The translations under genes were made by a program, and so were the position numbers. Below the pieces are notes generated by a model. The model did not search any database. It was given only the letters and a program-made list of their open reading frames with translations, and had not been told where the DNA came from. A stretch of DNA of 64,000 bases from Chromatiales bacterium (lineage in GTDB: Bacteria; Pseudomonadota; Gammaproteobacteria; SpSt-1174). This document shows positions 1-8,240 of this stretch, in pieces (the stretch's first letter is position 1; each line of letters starts with the position of its first letter). The DNA is taken from assembly GCA_014762505.1 (NCBI GenBank), contig JABURS010000019.1, forward strand, positions 12,919 through 76,918, read 5' to 3'.

Positions 1-1
1 C

Positions 2-127
2 GGCGTGAAGGTGCTTTACTTCACCCAGTTGCTCGGCCTGTCCATGGGCCTGTCCGCGCGCAAGCTGGGCATCCATGAAAACGTCAGTGACTCCATCGGG
101 TTCCTGAAGGACAAGGGCGTCATCTGA
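2..127 (+). CDS. 3' end of heterodisulfide reductase-like subunit B (probably sHdrB2), partial
   Basis: Frame from base 2 reads GVKVLYFTQLLGLSMGLSARKLGIHENVSDSIGFLKDKGVI*; the VLYFTQLLGLxMG motif is typical of HdrB C-termini; lies directly upstream of lbpA as in sHdr clusters. Confidence 0.8.
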   Translation, partial: GVKVLYFTQLLGLSMGLSARKLGIHENVSDSIGFLKDKGVI

Positions 128-134
128 GGATGAG

Positions 135-175
135 AAGCGGGGGCGGGCGCAAGCCCGCTTCCCGCTTTTGCTTTT
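135..175 (+). terminator. Intrinsic terminator-like hairpin after hdrB
   Basis: AAGCGGG-GGCGGGC-GCAA-GCCCGCT-TCCCGCTT stem followed by TTTGCTTTT. Confidence 0.6.
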
Positions 176-228
176 GTCGCCAAGAATAATTCTCGTTTAT
201 TCAGTTTTCCGCTTTGCCGTGGGGTCCC

Positions 229-675
229 ATGGATTGTAACGGTTGCGAATTCCACCCCGAGTTGTTTTACGACGACGAGTTCCAGATCTGGGTCCGTCGT
301 GAGGATGACGACTCGCTGACTGTCGGCATGACGGACATCTCACAGACCATTGCGGGCAAGATCCTGCACGTGCGTGTGCGTCGTCCGGGTACCATGCGCC
401 CGCCGGGCAAGCCGGTGGCCACCATCGAGAGCGGCAAGTGGGCCGGTCCGATCCCGAATTTCATCGAATGCGAGATCGTGGAAGGCAATGCCGAGGTGCT
501 CGAGAACCCCGTGCTGCTCAACAGTGATCCGTACAACGCCTGGATCGCGCGTGTGAACGCGACCGGCGGTGTGGACAAGGCCCTGGAAGTCTTTCTGACG
601 GGGGAAGAGGCACGCAAGGGTTATTGCGAGCGCGCCACGCGTGAAGACATTCACTGCCAGCGCAAGGTCCGGTAA
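229..675 (+). CDS. lbpA1: Lipoate-binding protein LbpA1 (GcvH-like)
   Basis: GcvH-like sequence with lipoyl-lysine motif IESGKWAG, NSDPY motif, and Cys near both termini; ATG 229 preferred over TTG 214; sHdr context. Confidence 0.85.
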   Translation: MDCNGCEFHPELFYDDEFQIWVRREDDDSLTVGMTDISQTIAGKILHVRVRRPGTMRPPGKPVATIESGKWAGPIPNFIECEIVEGNAEVLENPVLLNSDPYNAWIARVNATGGVDKALEVFLTGEEARKGYCERATREDIHCQRKVR

Positions 676-682
676 CGACACG

Positions 683-1084
683 ATGGCCTACGAAGAACAT
701 TATCTCGACAACGACGAGAAGACCGTCGTGTTCATCATGACCAGTGGTCCGAGTACGCCGAACCGCTGCGCGACGCCTTTCTATCTCGGTGCCATCATGG
801 CCTCGATGGATGTGGACGTGCATATCTTTTTCACCATGGAAGGGGTGAAACTGATGCAAAAAGGCGTGGCGGATGACCTGGTCGCAATGGAAGGTGGCAA
901 GAAAGTCATTGATTTTATTAGAGATGCCAAGCGTGCCGGTGTCGTCCTGCATGTTTGCCAGCCTGCATTGCCAGGGTATAAAATCGACGAGGACACGGAC
1001 ATCATCGAGGAGGCAGATCACGTCTCCCGTGCCAGTGTTCTGGCCGATCTGCTTCTGACGTGTGACAAGGTGATCACGTTTTGA
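683..1084 (+). CDS. DsrE-family sulfurtransferase (DsrE3-like)
   Basis: Motifs HIFFTMEGVKL, LHVCQPAL (active-site Cys) and C-terminal DKVITF; located between the two lbpA genes as in Thioalkalivibrio-type sHdr clusters. Confidence 0.85.
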   Translation: MAYEEHYLDNDEKTVVFIMTSGPSTPNRCATPFYLGAIMASMDVDVHIFFTMEGVKLMQKGVADDLVAMEGGKKVIDFIRDAKRAGVVLHVCQPALPGYKIDEDTDIIEEADHVSRASVLADLLLTCDKVITF

Positions 1085-1157
1085 TGGGTTCTAGGGCTGT
1101 CTAGGCCCGTTTTTTGTTTAAGTGCTTGTTAATCAGTCTCATTAGGAGGAAATAAAA

Positions 1158-1595
1158 ATGGGCGCTGTACGCGGATGCAATATCCCGGAAGACCTGCTCT
1201 ACAACGTCGATAACAACGTGTGGGTCCGTAAGGAAGCCGACGGTAACGTGACGGTTGGTCTGACCTCTTATGCCTGTTCGCTGGCTGGCCAGATCGTTTC
1301 CTACACCCCGAAGAAGGTCGGCAAGTCGGTGAAGGCCGACAAGTCCTGCGCCACTGTCGAATCCGGCAAGTGGGTGGGTCCGGCCAAGACCCCGATCGGT
1401 GGTGATATCGTCGAAACCAACGACAAGGTGGCTGCCAACCCGGGTCTGATCAACGAAGATCCCTATGGCGAAGGCTGGCTGGTCAAGCTGTCCGCCGAAA
1501 ACTGGGACGGTGATTCCGCCTCCCTGAAGACCGGTGGTGACGCCCTGGCTGCCTTCGAAGCCAAGATGGAAGCCGACGGCTTCGGCGGCTGCTGA
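1158..1595 (+). CDS. lbpA2: Lipoate-binding protein LbpA2 (GcvH-like)
   Basis: VESGKWVG lipoyl-lysine motif, NEDPYGEGW, N-terminal RGC and C-terminal GFGGC; strong AGGAGG RBS. Confidence 0.88.
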   Translation: MGAVRGCNIPEDLLYNVDNNVWVRKEADGNVTVGLTSYACSLAGQIVSYTPKKVGKSVKADKSCATVESGKWVGPAKTPIGGDIVETNDKVAANPGLINEDPYGEGWLVKLSAENWDGDSASLKTGGDALAAFEAKMEADGFGGC

Positions 1596-1614
1596 TCGGT
1601 CGTTAAGCTGTGCT

Positions 1615-1650
1615 GCTATCCCCCCGCACTGCGGGGGGATAGTGCTTTCT
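1615..1650 (+). terminator. Strong hairpin between lbpA2 and lipS1 (terminator or mRNA-stabilising stem)
   Basis: GCTATCCCCCCGC-ACT-GCGGGGGGATAGT stem with a short TTTCT tail. Confidence 0.55.
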
Positions 1651-1676
1651 GGAATTGCAAAGACGGGTGGATTTCC

Positions 1677-2858
1677 ATGAGTGACTGGTACGATCTCATC
1701 CAGCATGTCGAGCCGCTGGAAGACCTGCCGCTCGATTCGGGCCTGATTCGTTCGTTCGAATCCGACTGGGCGTCGCTCGATGCGAATGCCATTCCTCCCG
1801 TTAATTTCTATACCCCGACGTTCAAGGCCTATCAGACTTCCGAGCTGAGCGACTGTGGCAAGAGCGCATGGCCGGCCGTGTCGATCACGGGCGGTGACTG
1901 CAAGCTGCAGTGCGACCATTGCAAGGCCAAGATTCTCGAACCGATGATTCCTGCCCGTTCCCCCGAAGATCTGTGGCGCGTGGTCAACGGGATCGTCGAG
2001 GATGGTGGTCAGGGCATGCTGCTGACCGGCGGCTCCAACCATCAGAACCATGTCGAGTACGACGACTACTACTCGACCATTCGTCGTATCAAGGACGAAT
2101 TTCCCGATTTCAAGATCGCGATGCACACCGCACTGGTGACCGAAGACATCGCGATGAGCATGGAACAGTCCGGTATCGATGCGGCCATGATGGACGTGAT
2201 CGGTTCCCAGGACACCATCACGCAGGTCTATCACCTGCGTCGTACCGTGGATGACTTCGAGGCCACCCTCGAGCATCTCGTCAATACCAAGATGAAGGTC
2301 GTCCCGCATATCGTGATCGGCCTGCATTACGGGCGCCTGCTGGGCGAGTGGAATGCACTGGAAATGATCTCCCGCCACCTGCCGGATGCGGTGGTGCTGG
2401 TCGTGGTCATGCCCTTCTACGCCCCCGAGAGCCGCCCCTTCGAGACACCCGACACCTCCGCCGTCGGCCGTTTCTTCATGGATGCCCGCCAGGCGCTGCC
2501 GAGCACCCCGCTGCTGCTGGGCTGTGCGCGCCCGCCGGGCAAGGCCAAGATGCAGATCGACGCCTACGCGGTGATGGCCGGCCTCAACGGCCTGGCCCAC
2601 CCCTCCGATGGCATGGTCGAACTGGCCGCCCGCCTCGAGCGCCGCGTGAAGGTCACGCCGGCCTGCTGCTCGATCGCCGTGGGCGACGAGGTCATGGCGC
2701 TGGAAAACCTCGACGCCGGCCTCGAGATCGACATCAACGCGATCATCGAGTCCGAGCGCGAGCGCCGGCGCGCCGCCAAGCTTGCCGCCAAGGGTCTCGG
2801 CGGTATCCGCATCGTCACCGAAAACGCACCTGCCGCGGGCGGCTGCTGCAGCGCATGA
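1677..2858 (+). CDS. lipS1: Radical SAM lipoyl synthase LipS1
   Basis: CKLQCDHC radical-SAM motif, LLTGGS, VVPHIVIGLHYG, LGCARP, ACC motif; context of lbpA and lipoate ligase. Confidence 0.82.
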   Translation: MSDWYDLIQHVEPLEDLPLDSGLIRSFESDWASLDANAIPPVNFYTPTFKAYQTSELSDCGKSAWPAVSITGGDCKLQCDHCKAKILEPMIPARSPEDLWRVVNGIVEDGGQGMLLTGGSNHQNHVEYDDYYSTIRRIKDEFPDFKIAMHTALVTEDIAMSMEQSGIDAAMMDVIGSQDTITQVYHLRRTVDDFEATLEHLVNTKMKVVPHIVIGLHYGRLLGEWNALEMISRHLPDAVVLVVVMPFYAPESRPFETPDTSAVGRFFMDARQALPSTPLLLGCARPPGKAKMQIDAYAVMAGLNGLAHPSDGMVELAARLERRVKVTPACCSIAVGDEVMALENLDAGLEIDINAIIESERERRRAAKLAAKGLGGIRIVTENAPAAGGCCSA

Positions 2859-3964
2859 GCGGGCGTAACCCCACAACATGGCGTCTGATCGATACCGGCG
2901 TGCGGCGCGCGGCGGAAAATTTCGCGCTCAACCGCGCCCTGCTCGAAGGGCACCAGGAGGGCGTCTCGCCGCACACGCTGCGCTTCCTCAGCTTCAAGCC
3001 CTCGGCGCTGCTCGGCTTTCACCAGGATGTCGAGCAGGAGCTCAATGTCGACTACTGCCGTGAGCAGGGCATCGACATCCAGCGACGCGTGACCGGCGGG
3101 GGGGCTCTGTACTTCGACGAGACCCAGATCGGTTGGGAGCTCTATCTCGACAAGCAGACCCTCGGTACGGCCGACATGTCGGCCATTGCCCGGCGCGTCT
3201 GCGAGGCGGCGGCACGCGGCATCAGCTCGCTGGGCGTGGCGGCCAAGTACCGCCCGCGCAACGACATCGAGGTGGACGGGCGCAAGATCTCCGGCACCGG
3301 TGGCGCCTTCGATGGCGACTCCATCCTGTACCAGGGTACGCTGCTCATCGATTTCGACGTGGAAAAGATGCTGCGCGTGCTGCGCATTCCGGCCGAGAAG
3401 CTCTCCGGCAAGGCGATCGCATCGGCGCGCGAGCGCGTGGTGAATCTGAAGGAGCTGTTGGGTGATCTGCCGAGCGTCGAGGCCGTCGAGGCGGCCATGG
3501 CGCAGGCCTTCGCCGATGAGTTCGGCGTCAGCTTCGAGCGTGCCGAGGATATCAGCGCGCGCGAGCAGGAGATCTTCGCAGAGGCCCTCGAGGAGATCGA
3601 CTCCGAGGAGTGGATCTACCAGCACAATCGCCCGGTCGATACCGCGCCGATGGTGGAGGGGATCTACAAGTCCGCCGGTGGTCTGATGCGCGCCAACGTG
3701 ATGCTGGACCCGGAGAAGGGGCGCCTGAAGCAGCTGTGGCTCACGGGTGACTTCTTCATCAAGCCGCGTCGCCTGGTGGTGGATCTGGAAGCTGCGCTGC
3801 GCAACACGAAGATCGACGAGCTCGACGCCAACCTGGATGCGTTCTTCGCCGACTACGGCGCGGAAATGCTGCAGCTCACGCGTGACGACTTCGCGACGGT
3901 GATCCGCATGGCGATCGACAACGCACAGAATCCGAACGCCCAGGCGGCGTCCGGCGCGGCCTGA
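2855..3964 (+). CDS. Lipoate:protein ligase sLpl(AB)
   Basis: LplA motifs RRVTGGGALYFD, NDIEVDGRKISGTG, GTLL plus C-terminal accessory domain (TGDFF); ATG overlaps the lipS1 stop (ATGA). Confidence 0.88.
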   Translation: MSGRNPTTWRLIDTGVRRAAENFALNRALLEGHQEGVSPHTLRFLSFKPSALLGFHQDVEQELNVDYCREQGIDIQRRVTGGGALYFDETQIGWELYLDKQTLGTADMSAIARRVCEAAARGISSLGVAAKYRPRNDIEVDGRKISGTGGAFDGDSILYQGTLLIDFDVEKMLRVLRIPAEKLSGKAIASARERVVNLKELLGDLPSVEAVEAAMAQAFADEFGVSFERAEDISAREQEIFAEALEEIDSEEWIYQHNRPVDTAPMVEGIYKSAGGLMRANVMLDPEKGRLKQLWLTGDFFIKPRRLVVDLEAALRNTKIDELDANLDAFFADYGAEMLQLTRDDFATVIRMAIDNAQNPNAQAASGAA

Positions 3965-3975
3965 GCGGGTAGGAC

Positions 3976-5064
3976 ATGGAGCGCTTCGACGTCGTCGTCA
4001 TCGGTCTGGGCCCGGGTGGGGCGAGTGCCGCCCGCACGGCCGCCGAGGCCGGCCTGCGCGTGCTCGGTATCGACAAGAACAAGGCCGTCGGCGTGCCCGT
4101 GCAGTGCGCCGAGTTCATTCCGCTGCCCATGGGTGCCTATGCCCAGGCCGAGGGGGTGTTCAGCCAGAAGATCGTCGGCATGAAGAGCTTTCTGCCATCC
4201 GGCGACCGGCACGACTCCGATTTCCCGGGGATGATGATCGAGCGCGACAAGTTCGACCAGGCCATCGCCGCACGGGCCGAAGCGGCTGGCGCGCAGTTCT
4301 GGATGGCCTCGCGCATCGTCGGCCTGGACACCGCGGCGCGTACCGTGACCGTGCGCCGGGGGGATGACGAGATCGAGGTGGGTTACGAGGTCCTGGTGGC
4401 CGCCGATGGCCCGCATTCGCCGGTGGCAAAACTCATGGGCCTGCCGCCGCTCGAGATCGTGCAGACACGCCAGTACACCGTGCCGCTGCTCAAGCCCTAC
4501 GAGGACACCGACATCTGGCTGTCGGACGAGTATCCGGGTGGTTATGCCTGGCTGTTCCCCAAGGGCGACGTGGCCAACCTCGGGCTGGGGGCGGATCGTG
4601 AATTCGAGGCCGATCTCAAGGTCCCGCTGGACCGGCTGCACCAGCAGCTGGTGGCGGCCGGTCTGCTGGGCGAAGACATCCTCTACCGCACGGGCGGGGC
4701 GATCCCCGTGGGCGGTTTGCGGGAGCACCTGGTGGAGGGTAGAGTCCTCTTCATCGGTGATGCCGCCGGGCTTACGCATCCGATCACCGGCGCCGGCATC
4801 GCCGCCGCGGTGGTCTCGGGGGAGCTCGCCGGCAAGGCCGCCGCCGCCTTCCTCAGGGATGGTGACGAGGAGGCCTTCGAGGATTACGAGGAAGACGTGC
4901 GCGACCAGTACGAATCCTCGGTCGAGCGTGCCGTCGAGCGGCGCCAGTACCTCAGGCAGTACTGGCGTACGGAAAAGGCCAACACGGACGCCGTCCAGCG
5001 CAAGGGCTGGGTGGCGTTCGACGAATATTTCAGCCGTGACGCCTCGCAAGGGGCGGCGGTCTAA
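3976..5064 (+). CDS. lipT: FAD-dependent geranylgeranyl-reductase-like oxidoreductase (LipT)
   Basis: GLGPGGA FAD-binding motif, CAEFIP, AADG, YAWLFPKG, IGDAAG...PITGAGI; located between sLpl and lipS2. Confidence 0.8.
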   Translation: MERFDVVVIGLGPGGASAARTAAEAGLRVLGIDKNKAVGVPVQCAEFIPLPMGAYAQAEGVFSQKIVGMKSFLPSGDRHDSDFPGMMIERDKFDQAIAARAEAAGAQFWMASRIVGLDTAARTVTVRRGDDEIEVGYEVLVAADGPHSPVAKLMGLPPLEIVQTRQYTVPLLKPYEDTDIWLSDEYPGGYAWLFPKGDVANLGLGADREFEADLKVPLDRLHQQLVAAGLLGEDILYRTGGAIPVGGLREHLVEGRVLFIGDAAGLTHPITGAGIAAAVVSGELAGKAAAAFLRDGDEEAFEDYEEDVRDQYESSVERAVERRQYLRQYWRTEKANTDAVQRKGWVAFDEYFSRDASQGAAV

Positions 5065-5122
5065 CTTTTAAACGTGCATTCGCGTCGGTAGTGAATACCG
5101 CAGAACATCGGGAGGTTTCGTC

Positions 5123-6277
5123 ATGAGCGCTAGCGCCGATACCATCGTCCAGCCGGTGAATTTCTACCGGCCGGATTATCACATCAAGACCCCGGAGATG
5201 CGTTCGCCGGAATACGTGCAGATGTCCACCGCCGCCGCGATCTCGCTGGGTCTGGTGCCGGGCAACATGCACCGTACCGCCTGCACGCACTGTCTCAACC
5301 TCCTGGTCACCTACCCGGAAGGCTGCCGTGCCAACTGCACCTACTGTGGTCTGGCCCGTCATCGCGAGGAATCGCGTGATTATGCCGACCGCAACTTCAT
5401 CCGCGTCGACTGGCCGACCGCCCGTTACGACGAGGTGATCGAGAAGGTCAAGGCCGGTCACGACAAGGGTCAGTTCGAGCGCATGTGCATCTCCATGATC
5501 ACGCATCCGAACTCCGATCACGACACCATGGTACTGCTCAAGCAGTGGATGAAGGAGTTGTCGCACATCCCGGTATCCATCCTCTCCAACCCGACCAGCA
5601 TGAGCTACGACGACCTGGTCGCCCTGCGTGACGAAGGCGCCGACATCTTCACCGTTGCGCTGGATGCCGTCACCCCCGAGATCTTCGAGCGCACCCGCGG
5701 CAAGACCGTCGACTCCCCGCACCGCTGGGACAAGTACTGGCAGGCCATCGAGTGGGCCGCCGAGATCTTCGGCCCCGAGAAATTCGGTGCGCACCTGATC
5801 GCCGGCATGGGCGAGACGGAAAAGGAAATGATGGAGGTCTGCCAGAAGATCCGCGACATGGGTGGTCACAACCATATGTTCGCCTTCTTCCCCGAGCAGG
5901 GCTCCATGATGGAAGACTGGCCGGCCTGCCCGAAGGACCAGTGGCGCCGCGTGCAGCTGGGTCGTTTCGTCATCGACTACGCCGGTGGCCACGTCAACGA
6001 CATGAAGTTCAACGAGCAGGGCCAGATCGTCGACTTCGGCCTGGACCAGCAGGAACTGGAAGCCCTCATCAACTCCGGCAAGCCGTTCCAGACCTCCGGC
6101 TGCCCCGGCAAGTCCGACGAGGAAGTCTCTGCCTGCAACCGCCCCTACGGCGACTCCAGCCCGACCGACATCCTCTCCTTCCCGTTCGCGCTGAACGGCA
6201 AGGACGTCGAATTCGTCAAGCGCCAGATGGCCGGCGAAAACATCGGCACCTTCGATCACGATAGCCTGGACGACTGA
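5123..6277 (+). CDS. lipS2: Radical SAM lipoyl synthase LipS2
   Basis: CRANCTYC radical-SAM motif, IRVDWP, FQTSGCPG...ACNRPY motif characteristic of LipS2. Confidence 0.82.
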   Translation: MSASADTIVQPVNFYRPDYHIKTPEMRSPEYVQMSTAAAISLGLVPGNMHRTACTHCLNLLVTYPEGCRANCTYCGLARHREESRDYADRNFIRVDWPTARYDEVIEKVKAGHDKGQFERMCISMITHPNSDHDTMVLLKQWMKELSHIPVSILSNPTSMSYDDLVALRDEGADIFTVALDAVTPEIFERTRGKTVDSPHRWDKYWQAIEWAAEIFGPEKFGAHLIAGMGETEKEMMEVCQKIRDMGGHNHMFAFFPEQGSMMEDWPACPKDQWRRVQLGRFVIDYAGGHVNDMKFNEQGQIVDFGLDQQELEALINSGKPFQTSGCPGKSDEEVSACNRPYGDSSPTDILSFPFALNGKDVEFVKRQMAGENIGTFDHDSLDD

Positions 6278-6302
6278 GTCCGGCCGTTGTCCGTATCGGC
6301 AT

Positions 6303-6332
6303 AAAAAGGCCCCGCCATGCGGGGCCTTTTTC
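6303..6332. terminator. Bidirectional intrinsic terminator
   Basis: AAAAAGGCCCCGC-CAT-GCGGGGCCTTTTT between convergent genes. Confidence 0.8.
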
Positions 6333-6351
6333 TTGCTGGAGGCCGGCAAAC

Positions 6352-6379
6352 AAAAACGCCCGCGATGTGCGGGCGTTTT
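6352..6379. terminator. Second bidirectional intrinsic terminator
   Basis: AAAAACGCCCGC-GATGT-GCGGGCGTTTT. Confidence 0.7.
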
Positions 6380-6401
6380 GCATGAACAGGCCGGGAGGCG
6401 C

Positions 6402-6719
6402 TTAGCCGATCCAGTCGTGTTCCATCACGTCGATGCGGATGTCTTCCTTCACGCTCTCGCCGTTGCCCTCGATGACGAGGGTGCCGATGCGGGTGCCGGC
6501 GGTATCGTAGCTGAACTTGGTTTCGAAGGTGCCGGGCAGGTCGACCTTGCCTTCACCGACGACCTTGCCGTCCACTTCGAACTTCGCACTGGCGGTGCCG
6601 CTGCCGTTGAGGAGGGCCTGCAGACGGAAATCCTTGTTCACCGAGCGACGGTAGACCTGCGGGTCGCGGTTCATGTTGTACTGCAGGTTGTTCAGTTTGA
6701 TCATCTTGAGCAGTTTCAT
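6402..6719 (-). CDS. Hypothetical 105-aa beta-rich cytoplasmic protein
   Basis: ATG at 6719 preceded by a GGGGAG RBS; host-like codon usage; ends just before the terminators; no signal peptide. Confidence 0.75.
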   Translation of the reverse strand: MKLLKMIKLNNLQYNMNRDPQVYRRSVNKDFRLQALLNGSGTASAKFEVDGKVVGEGKVDLPGTFETKFSYDTAGTRIGTLVIEGNGESVKEDIRIDVMEHDWIG

Positions 6720-6822
6720 CGCGGCTCCCCGTGAACTATTTCGTTGAACTATTTCTGAGTATATTAGTAGGATATAATACAGCCGATCATCATACCGCAT
6801 TTGAGAGGATTTTCGTACACCC
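6720..6822. promoter_or_regulatory. Divergent promoter region with an 11-bp direct repeat and an AT-rich inverted repeat
   Basis: TGAACTATTTC at 6732-6742 and 6745-6755; TATAT-N7-ATATA at 6760-6776 overlapping a TATAAT at 6773-6778. Confidence 0.55.
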
Positions 6823-7254
6823 ATGCCACATGACATCCCGCAGGACCCGCAGCAGCGCAATCGCTGGCTGGAAGACCGTCTCGATGACCTCGACGCGCGC
6901 ATTGGCGCGCTGGAGGCCGCAGAACGCGAGGGTTCGCTGGGCGAGCTGGGGTCGGTCTTGCCCGAGGGGGCTGGTATCATGCGGGACCTGCTGCTGGCCT
7001 ATGCCGGGCATGCGGGCAAGCCGATGCCGGCCTCGGACGACCTGCTGGAGGTGCAGAAGGCCTTCGTCAAGGGTGATCCGAGCCTGAACGCGGTGCGGGA
7101 CAACGTGCGCGAGCTGGTGTTCTACCAGAACTGTCTGGCCAGCGACCGGGCCGATGCCCTGCCGCCACGTCCCGCGACCATGATGGTGCGCACGCTGCGT
7201 CACGTGTACCTCTATCTGCGTACGCGCTGCCTGCAGGAAGACCGGCTGCCCTAG
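6823..7254 (+). CDS. Hypothetical 143-aa, probably all-alpha protein
   Basis: Clean ORF with host codon bias, first gene of the cbbQ-like unit; no family recognised. Confidence 0.7.
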   Translation: MPHDIPQDPQQRNRWLEDRLDDLDARIGALEAAEREGSLGELGSVLPEGAGIMRDLLLAYAGHAGKPMPASDDLLEVQKAFVKGDPSLNAVRDNVRELVFYQNCLASDRADALPPRPATMMVRTLRHVYLYLRTRCLQEDRLP

Positions 7255-7319
7255 CCCCTGCAGACCAATCCCATGCCGGGCCCCTGGCTGCGGCGCCGAA
7301 CGACGTTTGGAGTATTTCG

Positions 7320-8174
7320 ATGAAGAATCTGATCAATCGCCTGCGCGGTGTGGAACAGGATGCCGTGCAGAAACCGGTGGCCGGGCAGGAGCCGTTCTAC
7401 GTCGCCCAGGGTAACGAGATCGAGCTGTTCGAGGCGGCCTACAAGAAACGTCTGCCGGTGATGCTCAAGGGCCCGACCGGCTGTGGCAAGACCCGCTTCG
7501 TCGAGTACATGGCCTACCGGCTCACGCGCCCGCTGGTGAGCGTGGCCTGCCACGAGGACCTGACCAGCTCCGACCTGGTCGGCCGCTACCTGCTGGAAGG
7601 CGACGAGACCGTCTGGCACGACGGCCCGCTGACGCGTGCGGTGAAGGAGGGGGCCATCTGCTACCTGGACGAGATCGTCGAGGCGCGCACCGACACCACC
7701 GTGGTCATCCACCCGCTCACCGACCACCGTCGCGTGCTGCCGCTGGAGAAGAAGTCCCAGATGATCGAGGCCCACGAGGACTTCATGCTGGTGATCTCCT
7801 ACAACCCGGGCTACCAGACCGTACTCAAGGACCTCAAGCCCTCCACCAAGCAGCGCTTCATCGCCCTGCAGTTCGACTACCCGAACGAGGAGATCGAGCG
7901 CCAGATCGTGGCCAAGGAATCGGGCGGGCTGGACGCGGAGATCGTGGACAAGCTCGTGGCCGCCGGCCGCAAGGCCCGCGCCCTCAAGGACCACGGCCTG
8001 GAGGAGGCCACCTCCACCCGCGCACTCACCTACGCCGGGACGCTGATCCAGGCGGGTGTCGATCCCATCGAGGCCTGCCGCGCGGCGATGATCCACCCGC
8101 TGACCGACGATCCGGAGCTGGTCGAGGCCATCGAGGAGATCGTGCGCGCCCATTTCGGCGCCGCCGACGAGTAG
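7320..8174 (+). CDS. CbbQ/NirQ/NorQ-family MoxR AAA+ ATPase
   Basis: Walker [32 protein letters not shown] motifs. Confidence 0.92.
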   Translation: MKNLINRLRGVEQDAVQKPVAGQEPFYVAQGNEIELFEAAYKKRLPVMLKGPTGCGKTRFVEYMAYRLTRPLVSVACHEDLTSSDLVGRYLLEGDETVWHDGPLTRAVKEGAICYLDEIVEARTDTTVVIHPLTDHRRVLPLEKKSQMIEAHEDFMLVISYNPGYQTVLKDLKPSTKQRFIALQFDYPNEEIERQIVAKESGGLDAEIVDKLVAAGRKARALKDHGLEEATSTRALTYAGTLIQAGVDPIEACRAAMIHPLTDDPELVEAIEEIVRAHFGAADE

Positions 8175-8240
8175 GCCGCCCCGTCCATCCTGCAGGCAAA
8201 CGCCCCGGCCGGTATGCGCCGGGGCTGACCGACGAGCCCC

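Noticed and set aside
229..1595. Glycine cleavage system H proteins
   Set aside because: No gcvP/gcvT nearby; the ESGKW motif, terminal Cys residues and sHdr context indicate LbpA
1593..1679. lbpA2 TGA follows a Cys, is followed by a hairpin, and is in frame with lipS1 with no further stop (possible Sec read-through fusion)
   Set aside because: The hairpin loop (ACT) lacks the G expected of a bacterial SECIS, GGC is a normal LbpA end, and an open 27-codon spacer can easily arise by chance
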